A program made the position numbers and the translations under genes. This document shows positions 36,303 through 51,730 of a stretch of 64,000 nt of DNA, piece by piece. The first letter of the stretch is position 1; each line of letters opens with the position of its first letter. Below the pieces are notes generated by a model, which saw only the letters and a list, made by a program, of their open reading frames with translations, had not been told where the DNA came from and ran no database searches. This stretch comes from Octopus vulgaris (lineage: Eukaryota): assembly GCA_951406725.2 (NCBI GenBank), contig OX597817.1:124124001-124188000 (forward strand). Direction: 5' to 3'.

Positions 36303-37994
36303 TTGTATATATATGTCCAATGTGAAGATTGTGTACAAGATGTAATTTCAATATTTTAATTTGCAAAAAAATTTCAATGCTAGAGTGCAATTTTTCTAAA
36401 GATTTCTGACAGAAAAGAGTGGTTAGGATTTGAGAAGAATTAGATTAATATAAATGTATACTTTTAAAATTAATATTTTAAAACTTAAAAAGCAAAATAT
36501 TTTTAGAACAAATTAATTGCAGTGTGATATGTACACATGCATAAACAAATATACACATATATATATGCACATTTTAAAGATGTATTTTTTAAATTTTGTT
36601 GTAGACATTTCAATGACTAAATCCAAATTCATATTTATTTTCAATGTTCTCTTTTTTTTAGTGCTTGCTTGTTGATGTTAAATAAAAGTAAAATATTGAA
36701 CATTAACCAATACAAAATTTCAACTTTTAATTAATTTAAAACCAAAGCAACTTAATATGTAAATGATAATGCAAAGATAAAAAAAATCTATTTTGGCATT
36801 TTTTCATTGTTTACATCAACATTGAATGCTTTTGTTTATTTTTTTTTCCTCTTTATTTTCTTAATTTTCATCTCACACTTCAACTTTGAAATTACAAGTT
36901 CAGGATAACTAGACAATCTGGCGACAATAGAATTTCTTCTCAGAATATTTATGAAGACAGATGGAACATGTAAAAAAAGGAAAAAAAATCTATGATGCTT
37001 TATGTTTTATAAAGAAGCAGAAAAATATAAATTACTTTAAACAATTAATTGCTAAATCTTATAAGAAATACTCCTACCTTATTTCATTGGTTAATGGCTG
37101 TAATTCAATGTAAAACAAACAGAGAGATCAGATTTTAACATTTGACCACTCATAAGGGGACTGGTTGATTGTATGTATTGGTGTATTCAGACAGTTATCC
37201 GACTCTCATGTACTTTTAAAAGCATATATACGTGAATACATACATACAAATATACATACATGCATAAATACATATACATGTACAAACGTTTTTGTTCTCT
37301 TTAATCTTGTTTCTGCATGTCGTCATATTATACGAAGAATTTTCTAAAACTTAGAAAATAATTGAGCATTCATAGACAAAATTATTGGTTAGTAACTTAA
37401 TAGCACAATACAAATTTTCTTCAGTGCTATATGGAAAGTGGTTTTGAATAACAAGCAGGATGGAAGTTGGTAGGTTTTCTAATATGTAGTATGCTTATTT
37501 TAAGGTATATGCAGAGGACTTTTTGTAGATGCAAAAGGGATTAGGTGTTTAGGTGGGCCAAATGTTCAGGGAACAATATGAAATGGAGAAGAAAAAGGAA
37601 CTTTTGTTTTTTAAATCTTAAAGCAGTGTAGTGAAAATATCTGTGTTAGGAGAGGAGTGCAAGTTGCAGAAATATAAACATGGGGAATGTATGTTGATAG
37701 TAAGTCAGTGACAAAGGATGGATAAGGATGAATTATTGGAGTGTTATGATAATATAAACATTAAGGTCAAGTTTACTTGTCAGTCATACTGGATAAAACA
37801 ACACAAAAACAAATACCACTGATTCAATACTCCATGTCACTACAAATGTGGCTTTGTGCTAACAGCAAGCTATTATTAATATCATCATTAATGTAGGAGT
37901 CAGCTTTTCAGACATCATAATAAACTTCTCCTTTATACTCTACATCTCTCCACACCAACTCCTTTGTCTTCATTTCCTCTCATATCACCTTTAA

Positions 37995-38214
37995 CCCTTT
38001 TGTTACCAGCCTGGCTGAAACCAGCTCTGGCCCTGAGTACAAATGTCTTGCTTTCATAAATTTTGAATTAAAATCTTCCACCAAACCTTAGTCGCAATTA
38101 ATGTTCCTAACACTAGCTGAATGATAACTAAGTCATTTTACTAAATTCTTTGTTATATTTAAAGTAATTGAAAGAAACACAGAGCATCTCAAAATAAATG
38201 AAGTTACGAAAGGG
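37995..38214. mobile_element. piggyBac-type MITE, opposite orientation to 30712-30932
   Basis: TTAA target duplication (37991-94, 38215-18); CCCTTT...AAAGGG termini; internal identity to the first copy. Confidence 0.85.
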
Positions 38215-38249
38215 TTAACCATGTCTTCCTAAAATTCTCTTCCTTTGCT

Positions 38250-39420
38250 TTTTTCCACAATCATTACCCATGTCTCACTCTCAAAAAACCACGGCACTTC
38301 TTACACATGCAGCATACAACTTACTTTTTAGCTTCAGTACTCCTCTTCCTGTTAGCTCACAACTCAGTTTCTAGAACTTCTTTCATGTGCATCTCATTCC
38401 AATTATCCTCTCCAAATCTTCACCTTCTCCATTTAACATGCTATCAGAGTAACAACATAAACTCACACTTTCCATCTTCACACCATTTTCAAAATTAACA
38501 TTTCCTTTATCTGTAGCTCCATACATACCACATGCTTAAACGTCACTGCCACGTTCATATATAACTACCATGCATTGTTATACTTTCAGTAAATCTGTTT
38601 CCTTTGAATACATATTGTGCTATTAAGTGTTTGCTCCAACAACCTTCCTGCTCACTGCAAAGGGCTACTTTTCTAATCTTTACATTTTACCATGTGTTTC
38701 ATCACTTATGATCATCTTCATGATATCCACCAACGTACATTATGCTTTTATACATACTTTTCACCTATTCATTTTCATTTCATCAATAATCTCAGCTATT
38801 AACATGAGGACATCTGTTAACATAGTAAACCCTCTGCTATGCTTCAGGTCAGTATCTTCACAGCTACAAAGAGTAGTGGGCCTAGTACAAACCCCTGATG
38901 CACTACAACATTTACTTCAACTCGTTACTGTTGTATCCCATATATTGTCATCACTATTTCAACTGCTTATTCCTCTAGTTCTCTCTTTATACCTGTGTTA
39001 CCTCTTTTCTTGGATCCCAGCCAAAAGCTTTTCCCAGATTAACAAATACAAGAAAGAACTTTCTCTTATCTCTTTACTTTGCTTGTAACTGACTTACAAT
39101 AAAAATTGCATCTGACATTCCTGTTACCAACATAAGTCCAAACTGCATTTCATGAAACTTCCATTATCTCCTTATCTTTACTTAAAAACACTAATACTGT
39201 CATTCCCTGTTCCAGTAGCTTAATCACTCTGTACAAGTCACAGACCAGGGGATCAGAGGAATGAAATAACCCAACTCCCAAATCACTAGAATATGGTGAA
39301 TATGGTATTCTTCACCATCAACTTATAGGCTATAACTAAATTCAAGCCATATGTACCATTAACCTTTTGGCAAGCAAACCATCGTCTTAATGACTCAGCT
39401 AATTGCCACTATCATTATCA
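38250..39420 (-). mobile_element. Highly decayed RTE-like RT fragment
   Basis: Minus strand retains MQFG- and KAF-like motifs, comparable to the RTE at 60050-62300. Confidence 0.5.
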
Positions 39421-40497
39421 TTGATCGAATGAATTGTAATTGCATCTTTTAGTTTCATAATGAATATAGTATATTAACTCAATGTATTCATAGATACTTC
39501 ACTTTATTATATCACTGAAAAATATTTCCTTTAGATTAATGAAATTAATAATTTAATAATAACAAATAATTTCATAAATGACTAATAATTCAATTATTTA
39601 TTTAGCAATAGTAAGAGTGTTTTAATAGTCACTCAGTCAACTTCAATTTATCTTTTTAATGTAACATTTCTATTTTTGTACCATTCATTACATCATGTGT
39701 TATTTGGATGTAATTTATTATTAAAATATTGGAATATTCATTTCATAGGTAATATTTTACATGTCTTTTTTTTTTTTTTTTACACGGTCCCAAGAATTTA
39801 TATTAACAGTCCATGGATTTATTACATAGAAGATTTAATAAATATGTTCCTGCCTTGACATAAAATCCTATAATAGCATCAACATATTACAAAATTTTTC
39901 TCATCTGTCAATTTTTAGTTTTTATTTCTCAAAAAAAAAAAATCAAGGTTTAGAAAGAAAAAATAACATCCTTGTATTTATTTCCTATCCCATGATATGA
40001 AGCATAAAGTTATGAAAAAAACTGACGAAAGCAAAAAACAAAACAATATGCCGAGATGTCTTTGAGTCATTTCTCGCATCCCTGTAAAACTTGAACAAAA
40101 TCCAATAGCAGATTTTTGAAGCAAGTCACGCTAGGGTTTTCCATAGTTAAACAGTTGTATGCAATCCATAACCAGTGATGTAGTAATCAATAAGATCTAT
40201 GCAGTCTATACTGTAACATCCAAATGTTTAAAATACATGGTGTACCTAACTTTGACTTCCTTCAGTGAAGGAGGGGGAGGAAGAGGTATGGTGAGGGTGA
40301 CACTGGGATAGGAGAAAGAGAAATGGAGAGAGATAGAAAGAGAGAGAGAGAAATAGAGGAAGACAAAAAGAAATTGAGAGAGAGAGAAAAAGAGACAGAC
40401 AGATAGAAAGAATGAGAGGAAAGGAAAAAGGTGGTAAGAGATTATTCTCAATGATTAAGATATAAATATATATGTTGAGTGTGTTTACAGGATAGAA

Positions 40498-40557
<60 letters not shown>

Positions 40558-40750
40558 AGGGTAAGAGAGAGAAAGAATGACATCAGCTATAACTGAGTTA
40601 ACACTGTTGAAAATACTTGAAAATCACATAACAAGAAAACAAAATTATTCAAACAAATCTCTCTCTCTCGTTCTCTCATTGCAGTTATAATTCATATGAA
40701 TAGTATGAGAATATTTTGAAAGATTTAGGATATCTGCAAAAATAAGTAGA

Positions 40751-40808
<58 letters not shown>

Positions 40809-41036
40809 TTAGATAGGTGATCTTTTGCCAATTTTATTCTAAAGTGTATGGATATATGTTGAAGTAAATAAAAAGGTTTCTTTTTTTCATTGTGAATATG
40901 CAAGCCATATAAGGCTCTAAATGAAAGTAGAATTTCCTGGATGAGTAGGTGCTTACTGGTAATGTTCATAGATATTAGCCATGCAGTGTGTGTAGGTTGA
41001 GTTGTTTACTTCCAGGTGGCACAATTGTAGTATGTA

Positions 41037-41071
<35 letters not shown>

Positions 41072-41079
41072 TGATTGTA

Positions 41080-41133
<54 letters not shown>

Positions 41134-41444
41134 TAGGCGCAATGGCCTAGTGGTTAGGGCAGCGGACTCGCCGTTGCAGGATCGCGGTTTCGATTCCCAG
41201 ACTGGGCGTTGTGTGTGTTTATTGAGCGAAAACACCTAAAAGCTCGACGAGGCTCCAGCAGGGGGGGGGGGTGATCCCTGCTGTACTCTTTCACCACTCT
41301 ATCTTCTGTTGGCCTGCTCGCTTAGCCAGCGGTGTGGCGTCACTCGAAGGCTAAAACAATGTGAACGCATTGTGACCAGCAATGTGTAACAACATCTGAT
41401 GGTCTGGTCGGTCATGTGATCACGTGATATATATATATATATAT

Positions 41445-42723
41445 ATGTTTTGGGAACATGGCTAACACTCAAATTGACACCTAAACATTCTGAAATATTC
41501 ATATTGGAGCTTCTGGCATGACTGCCAAGCAGTACAGCATGTCATTTCCACATTTCTGGCAGAGTGAATTGCATCATGGTGCTGAATGTCTCATAGATGG
41601 TGCCCAACTACCCCTACCATGCAGCGTAGTTGACAAGCCCAAAAATAAACAATGCGCATGTGGGAAATCACAATGGTGACAATTTACCCTGTATATATAT
41701 AAATGTATTTCATGTTATTTGCACTGTTGGTGATGTCCTGTATCCATATATATGCATGTATATATACATACATGCATACATACATATATATATATACGAC
41801 GGGCTTCTTTCAGTTTCCTTCAACTAAATCCACTCACAAAGCTTTGGTCAGCCTGAAGCTATAATAAAAGACACATGCCCAAGGTGCCACATAGTGGGAT
41901 TGAACCTGGAACCATGTGGTTGAGAAGTAAGCTTCTTACCACACAGCCACACCTGCATACAAAAAAAAATATATATATATATAACTGGCTTCTAGCAATT
42001 TGGGTTTAAATCCTGCTGAAACCAACTTTGACTTTCATTCTCTCTCCCCTCTTTCCTCCTCTTCATATCTCCCTCTCCCTCATCTTTCCCTCTCTTCTTC
42101 ATCCCCTTATCCAATTCTCCCTTTTCCTCCTTCAATCTCTCCCTCCCTCATACTTCCACCCTCTCCTTATCTCTCCCCACTTCTCTCATTCTGACTTTAA
42201 ACCCTGCTGACACCAACTCTTTACATTTTATCCTAACAAGATTGATAGATAAAGATTTTAGCCAGGATTGATGAAGCCTTCCCTGCTTCCAGTTGTTTAC
42301 ATCCTAGATATTCTGTTAGGTCAAAAGGGTGGCAGGACTTAGAAAATCTCTGTATCTGCTCTTGACTACCTGGGCATTAAAAACCGTTAGCCTACATAAT
42401 ACATGCTTCCAACTAATCTTTGATTGCACTTGGCAGCTGTAGAATTTTCATCCTTCTGATGCAACATGTTACATAAATGCAATTGTTATTGAGCCTTTAT
42501 CGAACTAATAGACATACTTCAGCCATTAGAATGTGGCCATGCTGGGGCACCACCTTGATTTTTTTTTAGTGCTACTTTTTTTTTTAAAACCTGGCACTTA
42601 TTCTATCATTTTCTTTTGCCAAGTCGCTAAGTTATGGGAACATAAATATCAGTTGTCAAGTGGTAGAGGCAGGGACAAACACAGACACACACACAAAATA
42701 CATAAATACATACACACACACAC

Positions 42724-42769
<46 letters not shown>

Positions 42770-42953
42770 GTAAAATATGAAAAATCAACGAAAATGCATA
42801 TTGCAAATAGAAAAAGGCTATTTATGACAGGTAACAACAAATATATACATTTAGATTGACAGAGGTGGGTGGTAATACAAGTCATAAAGGTCATTATTAT
42901 GAGATGATTATAAGATGATAAAGTAAGAGAACAAAACGAACCAACGGTTTACG

Positions 42954-42995
<42 letters not shown>

Positions 42996-44912
42996 GAGGC
43001 ACATGGCCTAGTGGTTAGAGCAGCGGACTCGTGGTTGAGGGATCATGGTTTCGAATCTCAGACTGGGCGATGTGCGTATTTATGAGCGAAACGTCTAAAC
43101 TCCACGTGCCTCCAGCAGAAGGTGATGGTGAACTTCTGCTGACTCTTTCACCACAACTTTCTCTCACTCTTTCCTCCTGGATCTTGCAGCTCTTCTGGAT
43201 GCTCTACCCATTTATGTTGATATATGTTGCCATAATCCTTTCCTTCAGTTCATCTTTGGTGTTGTTAAGAAGTTTTGTCGGTCTCTAACTCAACTGCACC
43301 CTACACATAATAATCAAGGGGATTGCAGTCAAGGGAGTCAGGTGACCAGATGTTAGGGGTGATGTGGTTGCAGAAATTGTCTGACAGCCATGACTAGGTT
43401 CTGCTGTTAGTGTAGCATTGTGCAGCGTGCTGTTGTCAGACATAAGGTCTTCCAGCAGCAACCCTCTTGACCCAGGAAAGCACTACCTCCTCCAGGAACT
43501 TGGGGTAGGCCTCCGTGTCAAGTTTAAGGCCATGTGAGAAGATGAATGGAGCCATAATGTCAACATAACTAGTGATCACTCCAAACACCCTGATGTTGAC
43601 TGGATGTTTGATTTTCATCACTCTTGGTACATGTTTTGGGAACATGGCTAACACTCAAATTGACACCTAAACATTCTGAAATATTCATATTGGAGCTTCT
43701 GGCATGACTGCCAAGCAGTACAGCATGTCATTTCCACATTTCTGGCAGAGTGAATTGCATCATGGTGCTGAATGTCTCATAGATGGTGCCCAACTACCCC
43801 TACCATGCAGCGTAGTTGACAAGCCCAAAAATAAACAATGCGCATGTGGGAAATCACAATGGTGACAATTTACCCTGTATATATATAAATGTATTTCATG
43901 TTATTTGCACTGTTGGTGATGTCCTGTATCCATATATATGCATGTATATATACATACATGCATACATACATATATATATATACGACGGGCTTCTTTCAGT
44001 TTCCTTCAACTAAATCCACTCACAAAGCTTTGGTCAGCCTGAAGCTATAATAAAAGACACATGCCCAAGGTGCCACATAGTGGGATTGAACCTGGAACCA
44101 TGTGGTTGAGAAGTAAGCTTCTTACCACACAGCCACACCTGCATACAAAAAAATATATATATATATATATATAACTGGCTTCTAGCAATTTGGGTTTAAA
44201 TCCTGCTGAAACCAACTTTGACTTTCATTCTCTCTCCCCTCTTTCCTCCTCTTCATATCTCCCTCTCCCTCATCTTTCCCTCTCTTCTTCATCCCCTTAT
44301 CCAATTCTCCCTTTTCCTCCTTCAATCTCTCCCTCCCTCATACTTCCACCCTCTCCTTATCTCTCCCCACTTCTCTCATTCTGACTTTAAACCCTGCTGA
44401 CACCAACTCTTTACATTTTATCCTAACAAGATTGATAGATAAAGATTTTAGCCAGGATTGATGAAGCCTTCCCTGCTTCCAGTTGTTTACATCCTAAATA
44501 TTCTGTTAGGTCAAGGGTGGCAGGACTTAGAAAATCTCTGTATCTGCTCTTGACTACCTGGGCATTAAAAACCGTTAGCCTACATAATACATGCTTCCAA
44601 CTAATCTTTGATTGCACTTGGCAGCTGTAGAATTTTCATCCTTCTGATGCAACATGTTACATAAATGCAATTGTTATTGAGCCTTTATCGAACTAATAGA
44701 CATACTTCAGCCATTAGAATGTGGCCATGCTGGGGCACCACCTTGATTTTTTTTTAGTGCTACTTTTTTTTTTTAAAACCTGGCACTTATTCTATCATTT
44801 TCTTTTGCCAAGTCGCTAAGTTATGGGAACATAAATATCAGTTGTCAAGTGGTAGAGGCAGGGACAAACACAGACACACACACAAAATACATAAATACAT
44901 ACACACACACAC

Positions 44913-44956
<44 letters not shown>

Positions 44957-45140
44957 GTAAAATATGAAAAATCAACGAAAATGCATATTGCAAATAGAAA
45001 AAGGCTATTTATGACAGGTAACAACAAATATATACATTTAGATTGACAGAGGTGGGTGGTAATACAAGTCATAAAGGTCATTATTATGAGATGATTATAA
45101 GATGATAAAGTAAGAGAACAAAACGAACCAACGGTTTACG

Positions 45141-45190
<50 letters not shown>

Positions 45191-46336
45191 GAGGCACATG
45201 GCCTAGTGGTTAGAGCAGCGGACTCGTGGTTGAGGGATCATGGTTTCGAATCTCAGACTGGGCGATGTGCGTATTTATGAGCGAAACGTCTAAACTCCAC
45301 GTGCGTCCAGCAGAAGGTGATGGTGAACTTCTGCTGACTCTTTCACCACAACTTTCTCTCACTCTTTCCTCCTGGATCTTGCAGCTCTTCTGGATGCTCT
45401 ACCCATTTATGTTGATATATGTTGCCATAATCCTTTCCTTCAGTTCATCTTTGGTGTTGTTAAGAAGTTTTGTCGGTCTCTAACTCAACTGCACCCTACA
45501 CATAATAATCAAGGGGATTGCAGTCAAGGGAGTCAGGTGACCAGATGTTAGGGGTGATGTGGTTGCAGAAATTGTCTGACAGCCATGACTAGGTTCTGCT
45601 GTTAGTGTAGCATTGTGCAGCGTGCTGTTGTCAGACATAAGGTCTTCCAGCAGCAACCCTCTTGACCCAGGAAAGCACTACCTCCTCCAGGAACTTGGGG
45701 TAGGCCTCCGTGTCAAGTTTAAGGCCATGTGAGAAGATGAATGGAGCCATAATGTCAACATAACTAGTGATCACTCCAAACACCCTGATGTTGACTGGAT
45801 GTTTGATTTTCATCACTCTTGGTACATGTTTTGGGAACATGGCTAACACTCAAATTGACACCTAAACATTCTGAAATATTCATATTGGAGCTTCTGGCAT
45901 GACTGCCAAGCAGTACAGCATGTCATTTCCACATTTCTGGCAGAGTGAATTGGATCATGGTGCTGATTGTCTCATAGATGGTGCCCAACTGCCCCTACCA
46001 CACAGCGTAGTTGACAAGCCCAAAAATAAACAATGCGCATGTGGGAAATCACAATGGTGACAATTTACCCTGTATATATATAAATGTATTTCATGTTATT
46101 TGCACTGTTGGTGATGTCCTGTATCCATATATGCATGTATATATACATACATACATACATATATATATACGACGGGCTTCTTTCAGTTTCCTTCTACTAA
46201 ATCCACTCCCAAAGCTTTGGTCAGCCTGAAGCTATAATAAAAGACACATGCCCAAGGTGCCACATAGTGGGATTGAACCTGGAACCATGTGGTTGAGAAG
46301 TAAGCTTCTTACCACACAGCCACACCTGCATACAAA
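41445..46336. repeat. Tandem duplication, ~2.19-kb unit x ~2.2
   Basis: ATGTTTTGGGAACATGG starts at 41445, 43631 and 45826; the ORF track is repeated accordingly. Confidence 0.95.
43280..43655 (-). mobile_element. Tc1/mariner-superfamily transposase remnant (second copy at 45475-45850)
   Basis: VFGVITS..IMAPFIF..AY.KFLEEVVLSW...RPYV*QQ, and a WSPDSLDCNP-like third-acidic-residue motif. Confidence 0.75.
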
Positions 46337-46693
46337 TACTAAAATTTATATGAAACCAAATGCCAACTAGACCCCATCATTTTACCTTTATAATCTCTAA
46401 AATTCCATTATGTAATTATTTTTTAAATATGTGAATGCATATATCTGCCTCATACATAAGAGGTATAAATGTTCACTATCAGTTATTCTTACTTCCTTTT
46501 GAAGTATTGCCTGGTATGTTTTCTACTCCTTTTAGCCTTAGTCACATAGGTGGAATGGATCTGCATAATTGTTAGGAAAGGTGTTATTAATGAAATATTC
46601 AACTGTTTATAGTATTGTTCTTAACATTTGCCCAGTTATTAGAAATACAGAAGGCAGTAGATTAGCAGAATTGTTTGATATGTAGACAAAATA

Positions 46694-47259
46694 TTGGATT
46701 GTCCGGAAAGTTTGTGCCAATTTTTAAAGGAAAGAAAAAGGTCAATAAATACTTGCCATTATATTTTTAATCAACCAAATATGAACCATTTTGTTGCACA
46801 ATGCGTCTCCATCTTTCCTTTAACTTGAAAATACCCTATTCCCAGAACTGAGGTGGTTTCATGGCAAAGAATTCATCAGGGTATCTTTTTATGTCATCCA
46901 AGGAATTGAAATTTTTACCATTAAGACTATTCTGCAGAGACCTGAATAAGTGGAAATCCGAAGGAGCAGTATCTGGTGAATATGGAGGGTGGGGTAACAC
47001 ATCCCAGCCAAACTGCAGCAATTTTTGTCTGGTTCCCAAAGCATCAAGTGCCGAAAATGAACTTTGTTATCTTCCATTTTAAAGGGTTACACAATTAACA
47101 CAGGTTATAGGAACATAAATCTTCTTCTACGAAAAGATAGCTTAAACTCTGTTCTAATTGGAGGTGTAGTCAAATCCTATTTCATGGACTCAACCATGTT
47201 CTAAAATAAGTCGAAATGTAAGCTACTGTAAATCGGCACAAACTTTCCGGACAACCCAA
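46694..47259 (-). mobile_element. Internally deleted mariner element with both TIRs
   Basis: TA target duplication (46692-93, 47260-61); ~30-bp TIRs TTGGATTGTCCGGAAAGTTTGTGCC / GGCACAAACTTTCCGGACAACCCAA; WDVLPHPPYSPDTAPSDFHLF. Confidence 0.92.
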
Positions 47260-50197
47260 TACCTAGTGGTGTTTGATTATGCAGCTTTCCATTCTGCATT
47301 CTGTTCTGGCTGAATTTGCTTTCCTTTCTTCTGGAGTTAATAAGCCAAGTCAAGTACTAGGGCTAATTGAATGCTTCTTTCCCCAAAATCTGTGATCTTG
47401 TACAGATTTTAGAATTCATTATTGTAATTAGCTCTTCCAATTACATTCCTTACAGAATCCTTGTCATCATCATTGTTGTAACCACCACCATCATCATTAC
47501 TATTATCCTTATCGTTGTCATTGTCATCATTGCAGTTGCTATTGCAATCATAGTTGTCATCATCATCATAACTTAGTCTCTTGCTCTCAGCAAGAAGGAG
47601 TTGTCTGATTTTTGTCTCCAATATAGATGTTTTGTCCACTTGTCTGTGAGCACTTGCTGTTATCAAGTCAAACCTTCCATGCTCCTAAAGGTTTCAGCAA
47701 CCTGCCTTCTGTTACTGGCAACTTTTGTAGTCAATACTCCCTTTAGATATTATCCAATCTCATCACACCAGTTCATACTGGCTCATTTGTCTCTTTTACA
47801 CACGTCAGCAGGTCTTTAATTTCCACTTGCCTTTTCATCTTCCATGTTTCTCTTCGTGTGAGTTAAATGATCCCTATTCATCTTATTATAGGAAATTTAT
47901 TTCTCTACATCCTTTGCAGATCACCATTTAACTCCAATGGCATTTTCCCATATCTGTTGGCACGTTAGACTACTGAAGATTCCGATAGTCTTCCTTTTGC
48001 ATTGAAAGACAAAAGACTTTATTGTCAATTGATGTAATGGCTCACTAAAACTCTTCTTACCCATTCTTGTACAAGCTAGATTCATGTTCAGCAATAATTA
48101 TAGCCAACAAACAGGTTTCCGAAAGCCCTTGGAATTCTAATGTTGCTATGCATAAAGATAAAAATTATATCCCAGTTTAGTTCCCAAGGCTATTGATGTG
48201 ATTTGTGATGCCTGTTGACCCTTTCCTATGCTTTACCCAAAAACTGCTGAGGAAGAAATGAAAAATTGTTTCTTAAGCATTCTGTTAAGAAAATCCTTCT
48301 GTTCTCATTCCTTTCTCTTTAATCTTTCAATATGTTTATATATTTGCGCAAATATGATTCGCTTTCTTGCTATTTGGAGTTTTACACAAGGCAATCACTC
48401 AGTCTTTGCTGGCATGACTCACTCCAGGAATGGTCTGACTAATATGTAATGTTCAGATAACCTGAGAAAAAAATCATATACTATTCAAAATTATGGCTGT
48501 GTGGTAAGAAGTTTGTTTCTCAACCACATTGCTCAAGGTTCAGTCCTTCTGTGTGGTCTCAGGCCAATCAAAACATTATGAGTAGATTTTGGTAGATGGA
48601 AACTGAAAGAAGCCTCTCATGTATGTGTGTGTATATCTATGTATGCTTGTGCTTCTTTTCCACCACTACATGACAACAGGTATTGGTTTACAAAACTCTA
48701 CTTGCAAAGGCCTGTTGAGGCAAGTGAAAATCAAAATCGAAATTTACGCACCAGTGCCGGTGGTGCGTAAGAGAACCATCTGAACGTGGCCATTGCCAGC
48801 GCCGCCCCGACTGGCCTCATGCCGGTGTCATGTAAAAAGTACCATCCGATCGTGGCCGTTGCCAGCCTCGCCTGGCACATAAAAAGCACTCACTACACTC
48901 ACGGAGTGGTTGGCATTAGGAAGGGCATCCAGCTGTAGAAACATTGCCAGATCAGACTGGGCCTGGTGCAGCCTTCTGGCTTCCCAGACCCCAGTTGAAC
49001 CGTCCAACCCATGGTAGCATGGAAAGCAGATGCTAAACGATGACGATGATTGTAACTTAGTGGTTTGGTAATAGAGAACAGTAGAATAAGTCTCTGATTT
49101 AAAAATATGTACTGAGGTTAATGTGTTTGACTAAAGCCCTTCCAGGCAGCACACTAGCATGGCAACAGTTCAATAACTGAAACAAATAAATGATAAAAGA
49201 TAAACTCTATCAGATGTATTGAGTACACTTTCCATTGTATACACATACACACACACAGATATATACATATACAGGCACAAGTATGTCTGGGTGATTACAA
49301 AGTACAGCGTTTGGGATCAGTCCCACTATATGACACACGAGTAAGTATCTTCTTACTGTAGCCTTGGGTTGGCCACTACCTTGTCAGTAATGTTGGCAGA
49401 TGGACACAGAAAAGTCTAATATGTGTGTGCTTGTGTGTGTGTGAATGTTATTCTGCATGTTCTCATTAAATTTGGCTGGACCATAAAGGGCATCTTATTT
49501 CTTTATTACCCACAAGGGGCTAAACATAGAGGGGACAAAGAAGGACAGACAAAGGGATTAAGTCGAGTACATCGAGCCCAGTGCATAACTGGTACTTAAT
49601 TTATTGACCCTGAAAGGATGAAAGGCAAAGTCAACCTCGGCGGAATTTGAACATCAGAACGTTAAGGCAGAAGAAATACTGCTAAGCATTTCATCCAGGA
49701 TGCTAATGTTTCTGCCAGCTCGCTGCCTTAAAGGTAAGCAAGATACCATAAAGGGTATCATTCTTACCTTCTTTATTGCAAAATAACCCTTAGTTTTGAT
49801 TTAGATGTGTGATTTTTGACCTTATCAATAATAAACGATGATTTCAAATACAAAAGCAACTAAAGTTCAAGGGACATTCACGGTGAATATTATTAGTTTG
49901 ATGCTAGAACAAAATGTTATAAAGTTCAGAGAAAATGTATGACATTTTGGGCAGAAGCCAGAGAAAAGTCCAGAGAAAAGAATGAAGAAAGAGGAAAGTG
50001 AGATAGGAACAGAGAGTGAAGAAAGAAACACATGTGTAACTAATATGTTTGATCACTAACTGGAAGTTTATGGTCTTTAAGACAAGAGAGTGCTTAGGCA
50101 TGGCTGTGTGATAAGAAGCTACTTCCCACCACTATGCTTATAGCCTCTGACCAAATCAAGTCAGTATAGATTTAATATACAGAAATGGAAAAGTATC

Positions 50198-50245
<48 letters not shown>

Positions 50246-50430
50246 GTATATATGTATGTATGTATGTATATATGTATGTATGTATGTATATATGTATGTA
50301 TGTATATGTATGTATGTATATAGTCCCACTGCATGTATGCAACTTTGGTAAGTATCTCCTATCATAGCCTTCAGACCAACCAAAGCTTTGTGAGTGGATT
50401 TAATATACAGAAACTGAAAAGATGCCCATC

Positions 50431-50431
<1 letters not shown>

Positions 50432-50482
<51 letters not shown>

Positions 50483-50555
50483 GTATATATGTATGTATGT
50501 ATGTATATATGTATGTATGTATGTATATATGTATGTATGTATATATGTATGTATG

Positions 50556-50589
<34 letters not shown>

Positions 50590-50876
50590 TGTATATATGT
50601 ATGTATGTATGTATATATGTATGTATGTATATATGTATGTATGTATATATGTATGTATGTATGTATATATGTATGTATGTATATATGTATGTATGTATGT
50701 ATATATGTATGTATGTATATATGTATGTATGTATGTATATATGTATGTATGTATATATGTATGTATGTATATATGTATGTATGTATATATGTATGTATGT
50801 ATATATGTATGTATGTATGTATATATGTATGTATGTGTGTATGTATGTGTGTATGTATGTGTGTGTGTGTGTGTGT
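50432..50876. repeat. Expanded (TA)n/(TATG)n/(TG)n microsatellite inside a SINE
   Basis: Seen directly; explains the spurious MYVC-repeat ORFs. Confidence 0.95.
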
Positions 50877-51730
50877 ATTTATGTATTTATGTATTTATTT
50901 GTGCGTGTCTTTGCATCTGTGTTTGTCCCGCTGCCATCACTTGACAACCGATGTTGGTGTGTTTACATCTCCGTAACTTAGCAGTTTGGCAAAAGAGACT
51001 AATAGAATAAATACTAGGCTTACAAAGAATATGTCCTGGAGTTGATTTCTTTGACTAAAACCATTTCAGGTAGTCCTCCAGCATGGTCACAGCCAAATGA
51101 CTGAAACAAGTAAAAGAACATAAGAATAAGAAATATATGTGTGTATCTATGTGACTATGCATGTGTAAGTGTATATATGTGAGGGTACTTGTACACTTAA
51201 TGTGTGTATATATATATTTCTATACTTGTGTGTGTGTGTGCATGTGTGTATGTGTACGTGAGTGTCTGCATGTATAAGGCTTGTAAGTTGTGTGTTTGTT
51301 TGTGAAAGAGTGCTAGAGTAGTGGGATAAATATTATATGAGTGTTTGTACCTGACTTTGCATGTGTATGTTTGTTTACATGTACTTTTGTATGTGTGTGT
51401 AATTAGTTTATGGCTGTGGGTGTGTTGGTGTTGGTATGCCAGGTTAGTAGCAGCTGAAAAAAAAAGGCTGGAGCAGCATGCTGAATGATGTGTGTGAATA
51501 TGTGTATGTATCTGACTAATATCACATCCACCCCAGCGATACTTTGGAGTACCTAGTTCTGGATGATCTTAATCTTGGATTACTTCGTTGGATTATATTT
51601 CGTTTTGGGATTTGGTTTGCAAGATTCTTTATATGAGTTCGTGTGGTGAAGCATATTCTGTTGTGTCTGGAGAGAGTCATTTTCTTTTTGTGCCTTATAA
51701 TGTAACACGCTCACTGGTAAAATTTTCCAC

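Noticed and set aside
47367-48450. Hydrophobic ORF 47367-47576 and a possible LINE remnant after it
   Set aside because: The ORF is a decayed (ATC/ATT)n tract, and no clear motif could be read in the downstream region.
50156-50981. Long MYVC/IYIY ORFs (also 463-795, 42533-42894, 62315-62577)
   Set aside because: These are translations of microsatellites or N runs.
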